DNA of 64,000 nt from an uncultured delta proteobacterium (GTDB lineage Bacteria > Desulfobacterota > Binatia > Binatales > Binataceae), in the NCBI GenBank assembly GCA_963793115.1, contig CAWBYV010000020.1:2934-66933 (forward strand), written 5' to 3'. A model generated the notes under the pieces. The model worked only from the letters and a program-made list of their open reading frames with translations. It was not told where the DNA came from and did not search any database. The translations under genes were made by a program, and so were the position numbers. Of this stretch, positions 29,240-42,229 are shown piece after piece; position 1 is the first letter of the stretch; each line of letters starts with the position of its first letter.

Positions 29240-29365
29240 CGCACAAGGCGATAACGCTCCCCCGCGGCGGCAAATTTCGACAATGTCTGCCAAGCGGTCT
29301 GTGCCAAAGCCATTTCTCGCAAGCTTGGCTAACACTTTTGTTGCCCGTCCCGCGGGCTTGAGAGA

Positions 29366-30499
29366 CTAGCGGAGCATCAGTCGTGGACCGTGAGCCGCAT
29401 GAGTTTCCAGCGTCCCGTGCAGCAGATGTGGCCCGCGGATCGATTTGCAAATTGAGCGTCCCAGAAGCGCGCGACCGGCTGATGGGCGCGCGCGCCATCG
29501 AGGGGCTCGACGCGTTTTTCGCGCGTGAAGCCGACAATCGCATTGGGCGCTTGCCAAATGAGAAACCATTCGATGTCGCTGCAGCGCGTAATTTCGTCGG
29601 GATTCTCTCACGCTTTTGCAGCTCAACGAGTCTTGATAGAGCGGCGACGACGCCTTCATGAAACGCAGCAACATTCGCATCTCGGCGATCCGCTTGCGAT
29701 CGAAGTCATTCAGTGCGGTCTCGAACCACAGGTATTCGGTCTTGGGGCTTTGACCTAACGAAACAATATTCCCTGTGACGCGATACGGATGATCGACCAG
29801 CACGGGACCGTGCAGGTTTCGGATCTCGATCGCACCAAAGAGACCCACTGCGGCGCCAAGCTTTCCGTGCAGACTCGCGATCGGGCTCGCATAGAGCAGT
29901 TGAACCATGGTTGCCGGGGTCGCGATCGCGCCACCCCAGGGAGATGGCCCCGTGTACCACGCCAGCGGCTCGGTGATCTCCTTCATCCGCTCGGCCATTG
30001 CCGCAGGCGTCAAAATCACGTCGCTTTCCTCAAACTGGTCGCCGGCCTTCAGGGCGCGAAGGATGCGCATCTGGCCGGGGTCAAACCGATCCAGCGGCCG
30101 GCGCATCAGCGCGGTCGGTTCGTCCGGAGCGCCGACTGAAGCCGTGCCTTCGGCGACCCGCATTCCGTCGTCGCGTTCGATCCACGCATCGACCTGAACG
30201 TCGGCAGCTTCGGCCGGCGGCTGCCGGACGAACACACGCACGGCTTCACGATCGGTGGTCGCGTTCAGAAAATGGATCGAGAGCGTGCCGCGCTCGAACC
30301 AGCGCTCGCCGAACGCCCTCAATAGCAGCGGCGGGAACAGTTCGAGATGAATTGAACCGGCGACCGTACCGCCGCGAAAACCGAGCTTGGTCGCGGTCGA
30401 GTCATCGTGAATGCTTCCCCGCACGTTGCGGGCGCTGTTGACGGATCGCCGCAGCGGTCCGACCAGAACCTGATCGCGCAATTCGATCTCCGAATGCAT
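29366..30499 (-). CDS. Double hot-dog/MaoC-like protein
   Basis: SIHDDxTAxKLGFRGGTVAGSIH, WY..SPWGG, VGLFGAIE..GP, SPKTEY; conserved-looking part ends near 29630, the tail may be run-on. Confidence 0.75.
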   Translation of the reverse strand: MHSEIELRDQVLVGPLRRSVNSARNVRGSIHDDSTATKLGFRGGTVAGSIHLELFPPLLLRAFGERWFERGTLSIHFLNATTDREAVRVFVRQPPAEAADVQVDAWIERDDGMRVAEGTASVGAPDEPTALMRRPLDRFDPGQMRILRALKAGDQFEESDVILTPAAMAERMKEITEPLAWYTGPSPWGGAIATPATMVQLLYASPIASLHGKLGAAVGLFGAIEIRNLHGPVLVDHPYRVTGNIVSLGQSPKTEYLWFETALNDFDRKRIAEMRMLLRFMKASSPLYQDSLSCKSVRESRRNYALQRHRMVSHLASAQCDCRLHARKTRRAPRWRARPSAGRALLGRSICKSIRGPHLLHGTLETHAAHGPRLMLR

Positions 30500-30708
30500 G
30501 GCGGTTCTCCAATTCCCGATTCAAGCGGTTTCTACTCCGGCCGGCGAAACAACTCAACGACTGCAAGACTTCGGACTGAACCGCCCGGGTTTCGCATCCG
30601 TGAGCTTACGAAAGTCCGGGTCACGGAATGACGACTGCAGGATGACGGTCCTTGCGCCACGCCAATGCCGAGACTAATCTTTCGCTTCTCATTTAGGAGC
30701 CCATCCCC

Positions 30709-31863
30709 ATGTCCGCTCGCCTGGTGTTCTACTGGCACAATGGCCGCAGCCTGGGCCACACCTCGCGCTCCGCGACGATCGCGCGCGCAGCGCTCGAGCG
30801 GCTGCCCGATGCGCGAATCTTCGGGCTAACCGGTGCCTCGCGAGGTCTGGAGTTGCTTCCTCCCCGGATGGATGTCGTGAAGATACCATCGTCCTTTTCA
30901 TACGACCTGCCCGGCGGCGTGATCGCGCAGCCGGCGGCGGCGATCTCGAAGCCGGAATTGCACCAACTCCGCACCAGCATCATCAACGTGTTTATCGACT
31001 CGTTCAATCCCGATGCACTCATCGTTGACTACTACCCGTACGGCCAGAGGCACGAGCTGGAGCGCGTTCTTGACTCATCTGCGGCCATCAAGATCCTCGG
31101 CCTGCGCGGCGTGCTCGGCGCGCGGGCCGAGACTAACGAGGAATTTTTCTCAACCGATGTCGTCCGACACATCGACCGCACATATGAGAAGGTCCTGATC
31201 TACACCGATTCGGACGTCATCGATCTGGAGATGCTGTATGAGATTCCGCCGGTGCTTAGGCGCAAGCTGCACTACACCGGCTACGTCGCCCGAAGGACGC
31301 CGCTTACACGCGACGGGGCGCGGCGCCGGATTGGGTGCGACGATCGCCTGCTGATCGTCGCAACGTTCGGAGGTGCACAAGGTGCGCTGCCTCTCTACCT
31401 TTCATTATTCAATGCGGTGCGGCGCGTGGTTCCGAATGACGCCACGGTCGTTGTCCCACTCGGGCCATATCTTAAACAGACCGAAGTTGACTGCATCTAC
31501 CGCAGTGCATTTTCAGACGGGCGCATCCGCGTCGTGCCGCTTCTCTATGATCTCCCGATGTGGATGCGCGCGTCGGATCTCTTCATCGGCGCAGCCGGCT
31601 ACAACACGATTGCGGAGGTCTTGGCGAACCGGCCAAACGCGATCCTCATCCCTCGACAGATCAATAGAAGCGAACAGACGATCCATGCGCAGGCGCTCGC
31701 GGTGAAGTCGCTCGCGCGCTGTTTGCCACTCGACGCGTTCGCGTCTGGCAGCCTGGCGCAGATGATCGTCGTCGCCCTCGCAGAGCCCTTCCCGACGCAC
31801 ACCAAGCCATACCGTGTTGACGGCGCAACCGAGGCGTCGGCGATTATCGAGGCCGCGCTTTGA
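30709..31863 (+). CDS. GT-B glycosyltransferase (COG4671/GT28-C-like)
   Basis: AGGAG RBS; FYWHNGRSLGHxSR, VDYYPYG..EL, YTGYV, AGYNTIAEVL, LIPR..EQ. Confidence 0.85.
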   Translation: MSARLVFYWHNGRSLGHTSRSATIARAALERLPDARIFGLTGASRGLELLPPRMDVVKIPSSFSYDLPGGVIAQPAAAISKPELHQLRTSIINVFIDSFNPDALIVDYYPYGQRHELERVLDSSAAIKILGLRGVLGARAETNEEFFSTDVVRHIDRTYEKVLIYTDSDVIDLEMLYEIPPVLRRKLHYTGYVARRTPLTRDGARRRIGCDDRLLIVATFGGAQGALPLYLSLFNAVRRVVPNDATVVVPLGPYLKQTEVDCIYRSAFSDGRIRVVPLLYDLPMWMRASDLFIGAAGYNTIAEVLANRPNAILIPRQINRSEQTIHAQALAVKSLARCLPLDAFASGSLAQMIVVALAEPFPTHTKPYRVDGATEASAIIEAAL

Positions 31864-32885
31864 TTGACCCGCTTTCAGGAGCGCGCCTCGCACTCGTCAC
31901 GTCAGACACGGGCATCGCGGTGAAGCGCCCGGTTTTCGGCGGCGGCTGCAAGGTCTGTCCGTGGGGTGCGATCGGGGAAATCGTCCGCGCCGCCATGCGC
32001 CCCTACGGGTACGACGTGCTGATCTGCTATCACTGCTTTCGCGCCGACGCGCCGCGGATCGTTGCCGCGGCGAAAATGCCGCCGCCCTGGAAGATCGGGA
32101 TGGAGCCAGGCATCATTGCTGACAGCGACATCCCGCCGCCGCCGAACGGTCCGGTGGATTTCGGCGGCACCAGCCTTCAGATTCTGTGGTGGGCTTACCA
32201 GGGGACGCATCAGTACTCCGGCGAGGGCCCGCGACGGAACCTGCGGCTGATCGCCACCATCCAGTCACCAAACTACTTGATCGTCGCGGTCAAGGCCGGC
32301 CTCGGGATCACCGACCTTGGCCAGATCCGGAGCAAGCGTTGGCCCGTACGCGTCCTGATCGATAGCCGTGACGTGGCACATGCGGTGCTGGACAACTACG
32401 GCCTCAGCAAGCAAACGATCGAGGAGGCCGGCGGACACTTAGGCAACGGTGTCGATCCTCCCGAGCGCAAGGACTTCGATGTCATCATCTATGGCGGAAC
32501 TTTGGCCAACGCACCGGAATTCAACGTCTGGTACGAAGTGAGCCAGAAGTATGACCTCACTTACCTGCAGCTCCCCGACGCGCTCCTTGATAAGCTGGCC
32601 AAAGACCACGACCTGCAGCGCCATGATATCCCCAACGGTCTGCTGCGCGGGATACACCGTCCGATTCCGACCGTGACTCGCTCGGGTCATGCCGTTTACG
32701 GCCGCGACGACATGCCGGACGACTTTGCCTACACGGTCGCCAAGGCGCTCGACGAACATCAGGACCTACTGCAATGGAGCCATCTCAACCTATCCTACAA
32801 CCCGAAGACCGTGTGGAAGGCGTTCGGCGTGCCGCTGCATCCAGGCGCCGCGCGATACTATCGGGAGCGGGGCTATCTCCATTAG
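31860..32885 (+). CDS. TAXI-family TRAP substrate-binding-like protein, no signal peptide
   Basis: NLRLIATI, DMPDDFAYTVAKALDEH, VPLHPGAARYYRERG; also CKVCPWG and CYHC. Confidence 0.8.
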   Translation: MIDPLSGARLALVTSDTGIAVKRPVFGGGCKVCPWGAIGEIVRAAMRPYGYDVLICYHCFRADAPRIVAAAKMPPPWKIGMEPGIIADSDIPPPPNGPVDFGGTSLQILWWAYQGTHQYSGEGPRRNLRLIATIQSPNYLIVAVKAGLGITDLGQIRSKRWPVRVLIDSRDVAHAVLDNYGLSKQTIEEAGGHLGNGVDPPERKDFDVIIYGGTLANAPEFNVWYEVSQKYDLTYLQLPDALLDKLAKDHDLQRHDIPNGLLRGIHRPIPTVTRSGHAVYGRDDMPDDFAYTVAKALDEHQDLLQWSHLNLSYNPKTVWKAFGVPLHPGAARYYRERGYLH

Positions 32886-33012
32886 CGGCCACGGTATGGA
32901 ATCTGTCGGCTGATCGAAGAGGATCGCTGGGGGATTGGCCCGTGGGCATGACGCTCAACCACGTGTTCGACTTGCAAAGCCTCGATTCCCCGCTTGCAGC
33001 CGGGCCGCTAGG

Positions 33013-34016
33013 TTAGAGACTTCTCGGCAGCGAGTAAGAACTCAGGACGCGCACGTAGTTGGAGCGCTGGAACGCCGCCGGGTTAGGCACATTGCGCTGA
33101 CTCATGCTGCCGCACATCTGTCGAATGGATTCGTACTCGTGTTCCTCCATCCAGCTCAGGAGATCGCGCAGGACGCCGTCCAGATGCCCGATCCCGTTGT
33201 GCAGGAGTGCCGAGGTCATCATCGTAACGCGCGCGCCCGCCATCACCGCTTTCAACACATCTTGCGCGCTATGGACGCCGCCGGTGATCGCCAGGTCGGC
33301 GCCGATGTGGCCGAAGATGATCGCCACCCAGTGCAGCCGGAGCAGCAATTCCTGCGGGCTACTCAGAGTCAGGCTCGGCGAGACTTCGAGCAGTTCGAGA
33401 TCCAAATCCGGCTGATAGAAGCGGTTGAACAGCACCAGCGCATTCGCGCCGGCGCCATCGAGCCGTTTGGCCATGTTGGCGGGCGCACTGAAGAATGGCG
33501 ACAACTTCACTGCGACGGGAATCTGTACACTTTGTTTTACTTCCCGAACCAGCTCGGCGTATCCCTGCTCGACGTGGCCGCCGGTGAGTTCCGGGTCGGT
33601 CACAATCGAATAGAGGTTCAACTCGATGGCGTCGGCGCCCGCTTGCTCCATCTCGCGCGCATAGCGGATCCAGCCGCCGGCTGAGACCCCATTGAGGCTG
33701 CCGATGACGGGAATCGAAACGCTCGCCTTGGCCTTGCGAATCAGCTCCAGATAGCCGTCGGGACCGAGGTTGTACGTCGTCAGGGCGGGAAAGTAGTTCA
33801 GCGATTCGGCGAAACTCTCAGCGCCGCGCACGAGGTCCGCCTCCAGCGCTGCGCTTTCCAGAGTGAGCTGCTCTTCGAAGAGGGACGGCAATACGACCGC
33901 GGCGATTCCGTGATCTTCGAGACGCCGAATACGGTCTATCGAATCGCAAAGTGGCGAGGCCGAAGCGACGATGGGGTTCTTCAAGGTGAGGCCCAGGTAT
34001 TTGGCCGTGAGGTCGA

Positions 34017-34020
<4 letters not shown>
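33013..34020 (-). CDS. Dihydroorotate dehydrogenase-like protein (PFOR-associated)
   Basis: [49 protein letters not shown]; ATGA overlap with PFOR stop. Confidence 0.92.
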
Positions 34021-37628
<3,608 letters not shown>

Positions 37629-37765
37629 TTTGGGACCTGTACTAAAGCTGGCAGCTTAACGCCAGACGGTTTCTCTTCGCAAAGCGTCGCGAATAAAGTC
37701 TTCGCCCGACGGATGCGTGTAGTGCATATGGATGTATGGTGTTCGATGAATCGCGGTCGCGCCAG

Positions 37766-38464
37766 CTATCGATGAGGGGGCATGCCGCCAAACGCGGGCG
37801 CGTGAATCGTCCCGAGGAAACCGGGGCTGATCATCCCGAGCCTTCCCGATGGCGACGCGTTAGCAGGCGAGGCCGGCGAGAGGGGAAAGGCGGCGGGGGC
37901 GCCGACCGCGAAGTAGGCGACTGGCGGAGGCTCGACGATCACAATCGGCGGCTCGACAACTTCAGCGGGCTGCGGGGCGTCGGGAGCTTGAGCCTGTGCA
38001 TCTGAGGAACGCGAAGCATCCTGCTCCGCGCTGGCGTCGGTTGGCACAGAGGAGCCAGAGCTAATGGGACTTGAGCATCCGACGCAGTTCTGGAGAGGAT
38101 CTCTAGACCAGTCATCCACGGAGGAGTGCTCTACAAACGATGGCGCGGCCGGCTCGGATGCCAACGGCGCGGTCGGCTCGGACGCCAACGGCTCGGTCGG
38201 GCTATATGCCGACGGAAGAACGAGGACCTCTTTCTTCGCGATACCTTCCAAGGCGGGGGCGCCAGACGGGGGCTCGTTCGTGACAGACCTGATGGGTGCA
38301 CGAGCCATCTGAGGCACGGCGGAAGACCGAGGCAGAACCGCGGCAAGCGTCAACGCGAAGATCGCGCCCGCGAGAATTCCGGCGAGGGCTCCGCGCCACC
38401 ATGCATACCTGGCGGCAGCGGGCTCCAGACCGAGGCTCAAATTGCGATCGCTCCTGACCGACAC
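37766..38464 (-). CDS. Hypothetical Pro/Ser-rich single-TM protein
   Basis: One hydrophobic helix, 8-aa repeat PTEPLASE/PTAPLASE, CVGC. Confidence 0.5.
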   Translation of the reverse strand: MSVRSDRNLSLGLEPAAARYAWWRGALAGILAGAIFALTLAAVLPRSSAVPQMARAPIRSVTNEPPSGAPALEGIAKKEVLVLPSAYSPTEPLASEPTAPLASEPAAPSFVEHSSVDDWSRDPLQNCVGCSSPISSGSSVPTDASAEQDASRSSDAQAQAPDAPQPAEVVEPPIVIVEPPPVAYFAVGAPAAFPLSPASPANASPSGRLGMISPGFLGTIHAPAFGGMPPHR

Positions 38465-38595
38465 TCTGCAAACAGGCTAACACAGCTCGCATCGCGACTC
38501 ACGTCTACCGACAGGGCGGCACTGGTGCAGTTTCCCCGATCTGGCGGCAGGCCTCTGCTGGCGATTCGCGTTCGTCCATTATAGAAAGATCGCAG

Positions 38596-38636
38596 CGCCC
38601 CTTAGCTCGGACGGATAGCAGCACAGGATTCCTAAT
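38596..38636 (+). pseudogene. Degenerate 5' half of tRNA-Arg(CCT)
   Basis: GCCCCT-TAGCTC-GGACGGATA-GCAGC-A-CAGGA-TTCCTAA; similarity stops at the anticodon loop. Confidence 0.6.
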
Positions 38637-38732
38637 TCGATTAGCTATTGTTCGCTGATATCGCGGGTACAACGGGCGCGGGTGGCGGCGTCTATTCGCA
38701 CAACTCAGCGATCACGATAGACAACTGTCTCA

Positions 38733-39965
38733 TCACCGGGAGCACGGCGAATCTGGGCGGCGGCACAGGGCCGCAGCGATTGCATCGAACGCCGCGTAGG
38801 TCTGCATCTCCTTCTCCTCGTCCCAGAATTCGTCGTTCGCGCTGGTCTTGACGATCACCATATTGTCACGCGGCCTCACATAGATGAATTGGAAGAACAC
38901 GCCTTGCGCCGTGTATGCACGATCGCCGCCGCCCGGAAACGTCCACCATTGATATTGGTAGCCGAGCGGATAGTTCGGGAGCAGCCTGCCCGGCTGCACC
39001 TGAGGCGAATCGGGAGTGATCGCATCCCGGGCCCAAGATTCCGGCACGATTTGTTTCCCGTTGGCCTTGCCATGATTGAGGAACATCAATCCGAAGCGGC
39101 CGTAGTCGCGAAGCGTCGCCTGGATGCAACAGAAGGCCGCCTCCATTCCAGAGGCGTCAGTCAGCCACGACGCGTCGCTCTCCATTCCCAAGGGCTGCCA
39201 GACCTTGCGCGACAGATAGTCCGCCGGATGCTCACCGGTGACGCGGTTCACCAGCCATCCCAGCACCTGCGTGTCCACGCTGCGGTAGTAGAAACGGGTC
39301 CCGGGTTGTTCCGCGCGCGTGAGGCAGCGAGCGTAGTCATCCAGAGATTGCGAGTTCTCCTCCATCGTCTTTTGCCACATCAGCGAGAGGTCGTCCTGGC
39401 CGCCGTAGTCTTCGGAGAATTTGACCCCGGATGACATTTGCAGGATGGCCTTGATCGGCACGCCGTCGTAACCCGATGTTTTCAGCTCCGGGAGATATTC
39501 CGTAACCGGACGATTCACGTCAGCTATCTTTCCATCCGCGATTGCGAGTCCGACCAGGGTTAAGGTGAACGACTTGGCCACCGACATCGAGGTGAAGTGC
39601 GACTTCGCGTAGGCTCCGAGGTAGTATTTCTCGAACACGATCTTCCCGTCCTTGATCACGAGCAGGCCGGTCGTGTTGGTGCGCGTCAGAATTTCTCCAA
39701 GCGGATAGCGCTTCCCCTTCCATTCGTAGCTCACGTCCAGGGCCCGCTCCGCGCGCGGCAGTTCCCATACCGAAGCCGCCCGGCGGATGACGCGATTCGG
39801 AAAGAGATTGTCCATATGACGGAAGGCGCCGATCCGAAACTCCCGGTCGGTGGCGATTCCGAGCAGGACGCCTTCATGCGCTCTGCGCTGCTGAGCGTTC
39901 GTCGTCGCAAGGCTCATCAGAAGGAGGGCTGCTGCGGCTGCGGCCAAGTTGCGCGATCGTTTCAT
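38733..39965 (-). CDS. Serine hydrolase, beta-lactamase class C/NylB-like family, secreted
   Basis: Signal peptide; SMSVAKS (SxxK), LQMSSG, YRSVDT, YGRFG, GYQYQWW. Confidence 0.92.
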   Translation of the reverse strand: MKRSRNLAAAAAALLLMSLATTNAQQRRAHEGVLLGIATDREFRIGAFRHMDNLFPNRVIRRAASVWELPRAERALDVSYEWKGKRYPLGEILTRTNTTGLLVIKDGKIVFEKYYLGAYAKSHFTSMSVAKSFTLTLVGLAIADGKIADVNRPVTEYLPELKTSGYDGVPIKAILQMSSGVKFSEDYGGQDDLSLMWQKTMEENSQSLDDYARCLTRAEQPGTRFYYRSVDTQVLGWLVNRVTGEHPADYLSRKVWQPLGMESDASWLTDASGMEAAFCCIQATLRDYGRFGLMFLNHGKANGKQIVPESWARDAITPDSPQVQPGRLLPNYPLGYQYQWWTFPGGGDRAYTAQGVFFQFIYVRPRDNMVIVKTSANDEFWDEEKEMQTYAAFDAIAAALCRRPDSPCSR

Positions 39966-39971
39966 TCCGAG

Positions 39972-40038
39972 TTTGAATCCTGATTCAGACTCGCACCGGC
40001 ATCAGGCGTTTTGCAAACGCGAAGTCCCGGCTTTGAGT
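39972..40038 (-). repeat. IS1380-end-like dispersed element (copy B)
   Basis: TTTGAATCCTGATTCAGACTCGCACCGGCATCAGGCGTTTTGCAAACGCGAAGT aligns with 15886-15945 and 14048-14105. Confidence 0.7.
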
Positions 40039-40094
40039 TTTAGACCTACCGCGGTGGCAGGGAACGCGCGTCTTGCTGATCCGCGAACACTCGT

Positions 40095-40955
40095 TCACGC
40101 TCGCTTGAGATACGTGACAAACCAATCGCGCGCGAGGTTGGATGCCTCGCGATAGTGCTGGTCGTAAATCGCGTAATGCTTGCATGGAAACGTCTCGTAA
40201 CGGGCAGGCGCATTCTTCGCGACCACTTGAAACAGGGCATGCCCATTCTGCATGCGATCGAACAACTCTTCCTCCGCAGCATCGATGACCAGCGTCGGCA
40301 CGTGAATCTCGTTCGCGGTACTGAGCGGCCGATAATACGCCATCTTGGCGAAGTCGGGCGTACCGGCGAGACCCGGTATGCCGTCTTCAACGGGTGGAAT
40401 CGGCCCAATCGTGCCGCGCGCCCGCGCCATCGCTCGCTCGCGGCCGATAGCGATCGCCGGAGCCCCAGGTTGCTGCGCGCCGACCTGCGCAACGATCACT
40501 TTCACGCGCGGATCGTGCGCGGCCATGAACGAGACGTGCCCGCCGCCATAGCTGGAACCCCACAACCCAATACGGCCGGCGTCAACCTGCGGCTCGCCTT
40601 CCAGGAAATCGAGGCAGTTCGCGATGTCGCGGATTTGATCGAAAGGGTCAACGACCTCACGAACCGCACGCGCGCGGATCGAAACCCCGCCAATCGAGTC
40701 GGGCTGCGGAATGTCGCCGATCGGCACCAACTTCGCGCCGCTCGCGCCCCATCCGCGATAGTCGAACGTCATCACGATAAAGCCTGCCTGCGAGAACCAC
40801 GGCGCGTAAGTTTGGTTGAGATGCTCCTTGAGCCCACCCCATCCGTGGCACAGCAGGATAGCGGGAAATTTGTCGGCGGGGGCGAGACCGTCGGGCATCC
40901 ATAGATCGCCGGCGAGTTGGGTGCCCTCGCTCCAGATGGTGACCGCCTGGTGCAC
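40095..40955 (-). CDS. Alpha/beta hydrolase
   Basis: HGWGG, FDYRGWGAS, GLWGSSYGGG nucleophile elbow, C-terminal His. Confidence 0.9.
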   Translation of the reverse strand: MHQAVTIWSEGTQLAGDLWMPDGLAPADKFPAILLCHGWGGLKEHLNQTYAPWFSQAGFIVMTFDYRGWGASGAKLVPIGDIPQPDSIGGVSIRARAVREVVDPFDQIRDIANCLDFLEGEPQVDAGRIGLWGSSYGGGHVSFMAAHDPRVKVIVAQVGAQQPGAPAIAIGRERAMARARGTIGPIPPVEDGIPGLAGTPDFAKMAYYRPLSTANEIHVPTLVIDAAEEELFDRMQNGHALFQVVAKNAPARYETFPCKHYAIYDQHYREASNLARDWFVTYLKRA

Positions 40956-40979
40956 GTCTGATCTCCGTTCGCCCGGGCG

Positions 40980-41819
40980 CTATCGTTTGAACGATGGGCC
41001 GCTGTAACCGCTGGGCATGGTCTGCAGAGCGGCGGTGGATGGCGAGGGGAAATTCGGGCCGACGGTCAAGCCGCCGTCAACGATCATCGCTTGCCCCGTC
41101 ACCCATTGCGATTCATCGCCGGCGAGAAACAAAACCATGTTGGCGATGTCTTCCGGTTTGCCCACTCGCGGGATCGTCTGCGCATGACCGAGCGCCTGTT
41201 CCAGGACTGCGGGATCGTCCATTCCCGGCATCACACCCCAGATCGGCGTATTGATCACGCCGGGGCAAATGCAATTGACGCGAATCCGATCGCGGCCGAG
41301 TTGCAGCGCGGCGGCGCGGGTCAGGCTGATCACGGCGCCCTTGGACGCCGCATATGCTGCGCCATACGGTGACGGTAGAAATGATGCGACCGATGAGGTC
41401 GAGATGATGGAACCCCCGCCCGCCTTGCGCATCGGCTCGACCGCGTACTTGATCCCGAGAAATACAGAGCGCATAAGCACCGCGATGGTGCGATCCCAGT
41501 CATCCGCGCTGATGGCTTCGATCGGGCCGACCGCGCCGACCAGGCCGGCATTGTTGAACATGATATCGAGGCGTCCGTACTCCTTGACCGCGCGCTCGAC
41601 CGCCGATTTGATCGCGGGCTCGCTCGTGACATCGGTGTGTTGAAACACCGCACGGCCTCCCGCCGATGCGATTTCGCTGACAACGGTTTCGCCGCCTTGA
41701 GAGTTCAGGTCCGCGGCCACCACTGCCGCACCCTCCTTCGCGAGGCACAAAGCGGTCCCGCGGCCGATCCCACTCGCCGCGCCGGTGATCACTGCGACTT
41801 TGCCATCGAGTCTGCCCAT
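40980..41819 (-). CDS. Short-chain dehydrogenase/reductase
   Basis: TGAASGIG, NNAG, YAASKG, VNCICPG. Confidence 0.95.
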   Translation of the reverse strand: MGRLDGKVAVITGAASGIGRGTALCLAKEGAAVVAADLNSQGGETVVSEIASAGGRAVFQHTDVTSEPAIKSAVERAVKEYGRLDIMFNNAGLVGAVGPIEAISADDWDRTIAVLMRSVFLGIKYAVEPMRKAGGGSIISTSSVASFLPSPYGAAYAASKGAVISLTRAAALQLGRDRIRVNCICPGVINTPIWGVMPGMDDPAVLEQALGHAQTIPRVGKPEDIANMVLFLAGDESQWVTGQAMIVDGGLTVGPNFPSPSTAALQTMPSGYSGPSFKR

Positions 41820-42155
41820 CGAAATTTCCTCCACTGCGCGAGCCGCAGTCACGCGGCCTGGCCAGCATCACGATCTTCCGGTAAATTCCTGTGCCTAGTT
41901 AAAACCCGATCCGCTTGTGAAATCTACCACCGGGTGTGCGCGCAGTTGGAAGAGTTGACGGTGCGCGGTGTCGCGGCGATTGTCCGCCGACGGCTTCGAC
42001 AGCTAGCCGGGCGCGATGAGCAATATCTTTTGGGCGCGCGGCCTGTGACCCGAGCCCAGCACTCATCGACACGAAGCGCGCTGCGCCCGCAGCCCTGGAG
42101 GAGTTGCTGTCATTTTCGGCCTCGGACATTGTGAGAGAGACCAACAGATAACTAC

Positions 42156-42184
42156 TTGACACTAAATATAACTCGTCGTATGCT
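42156..42184 (+). promoter_or_regulatory. Sigma70-type promoter for the Tad cluster
   Basis: TTGACA-17 bp-TATGCT, 45 bp upstream of ATG 42230. Confidence 0.75.
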
Positions 42185-42229
42185 TTTGGTGAGAGACGCT
42201 ATCAGGCAGCGCGGAAGCGGGAAACTCCG

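Noticed and set aside
38733-39965. Antibiotic-resistance beta-lactamase
   Set aside because: SMSVAKS/LQMSSG pattern fits NylB-like esterase/amidase, not AmpC.
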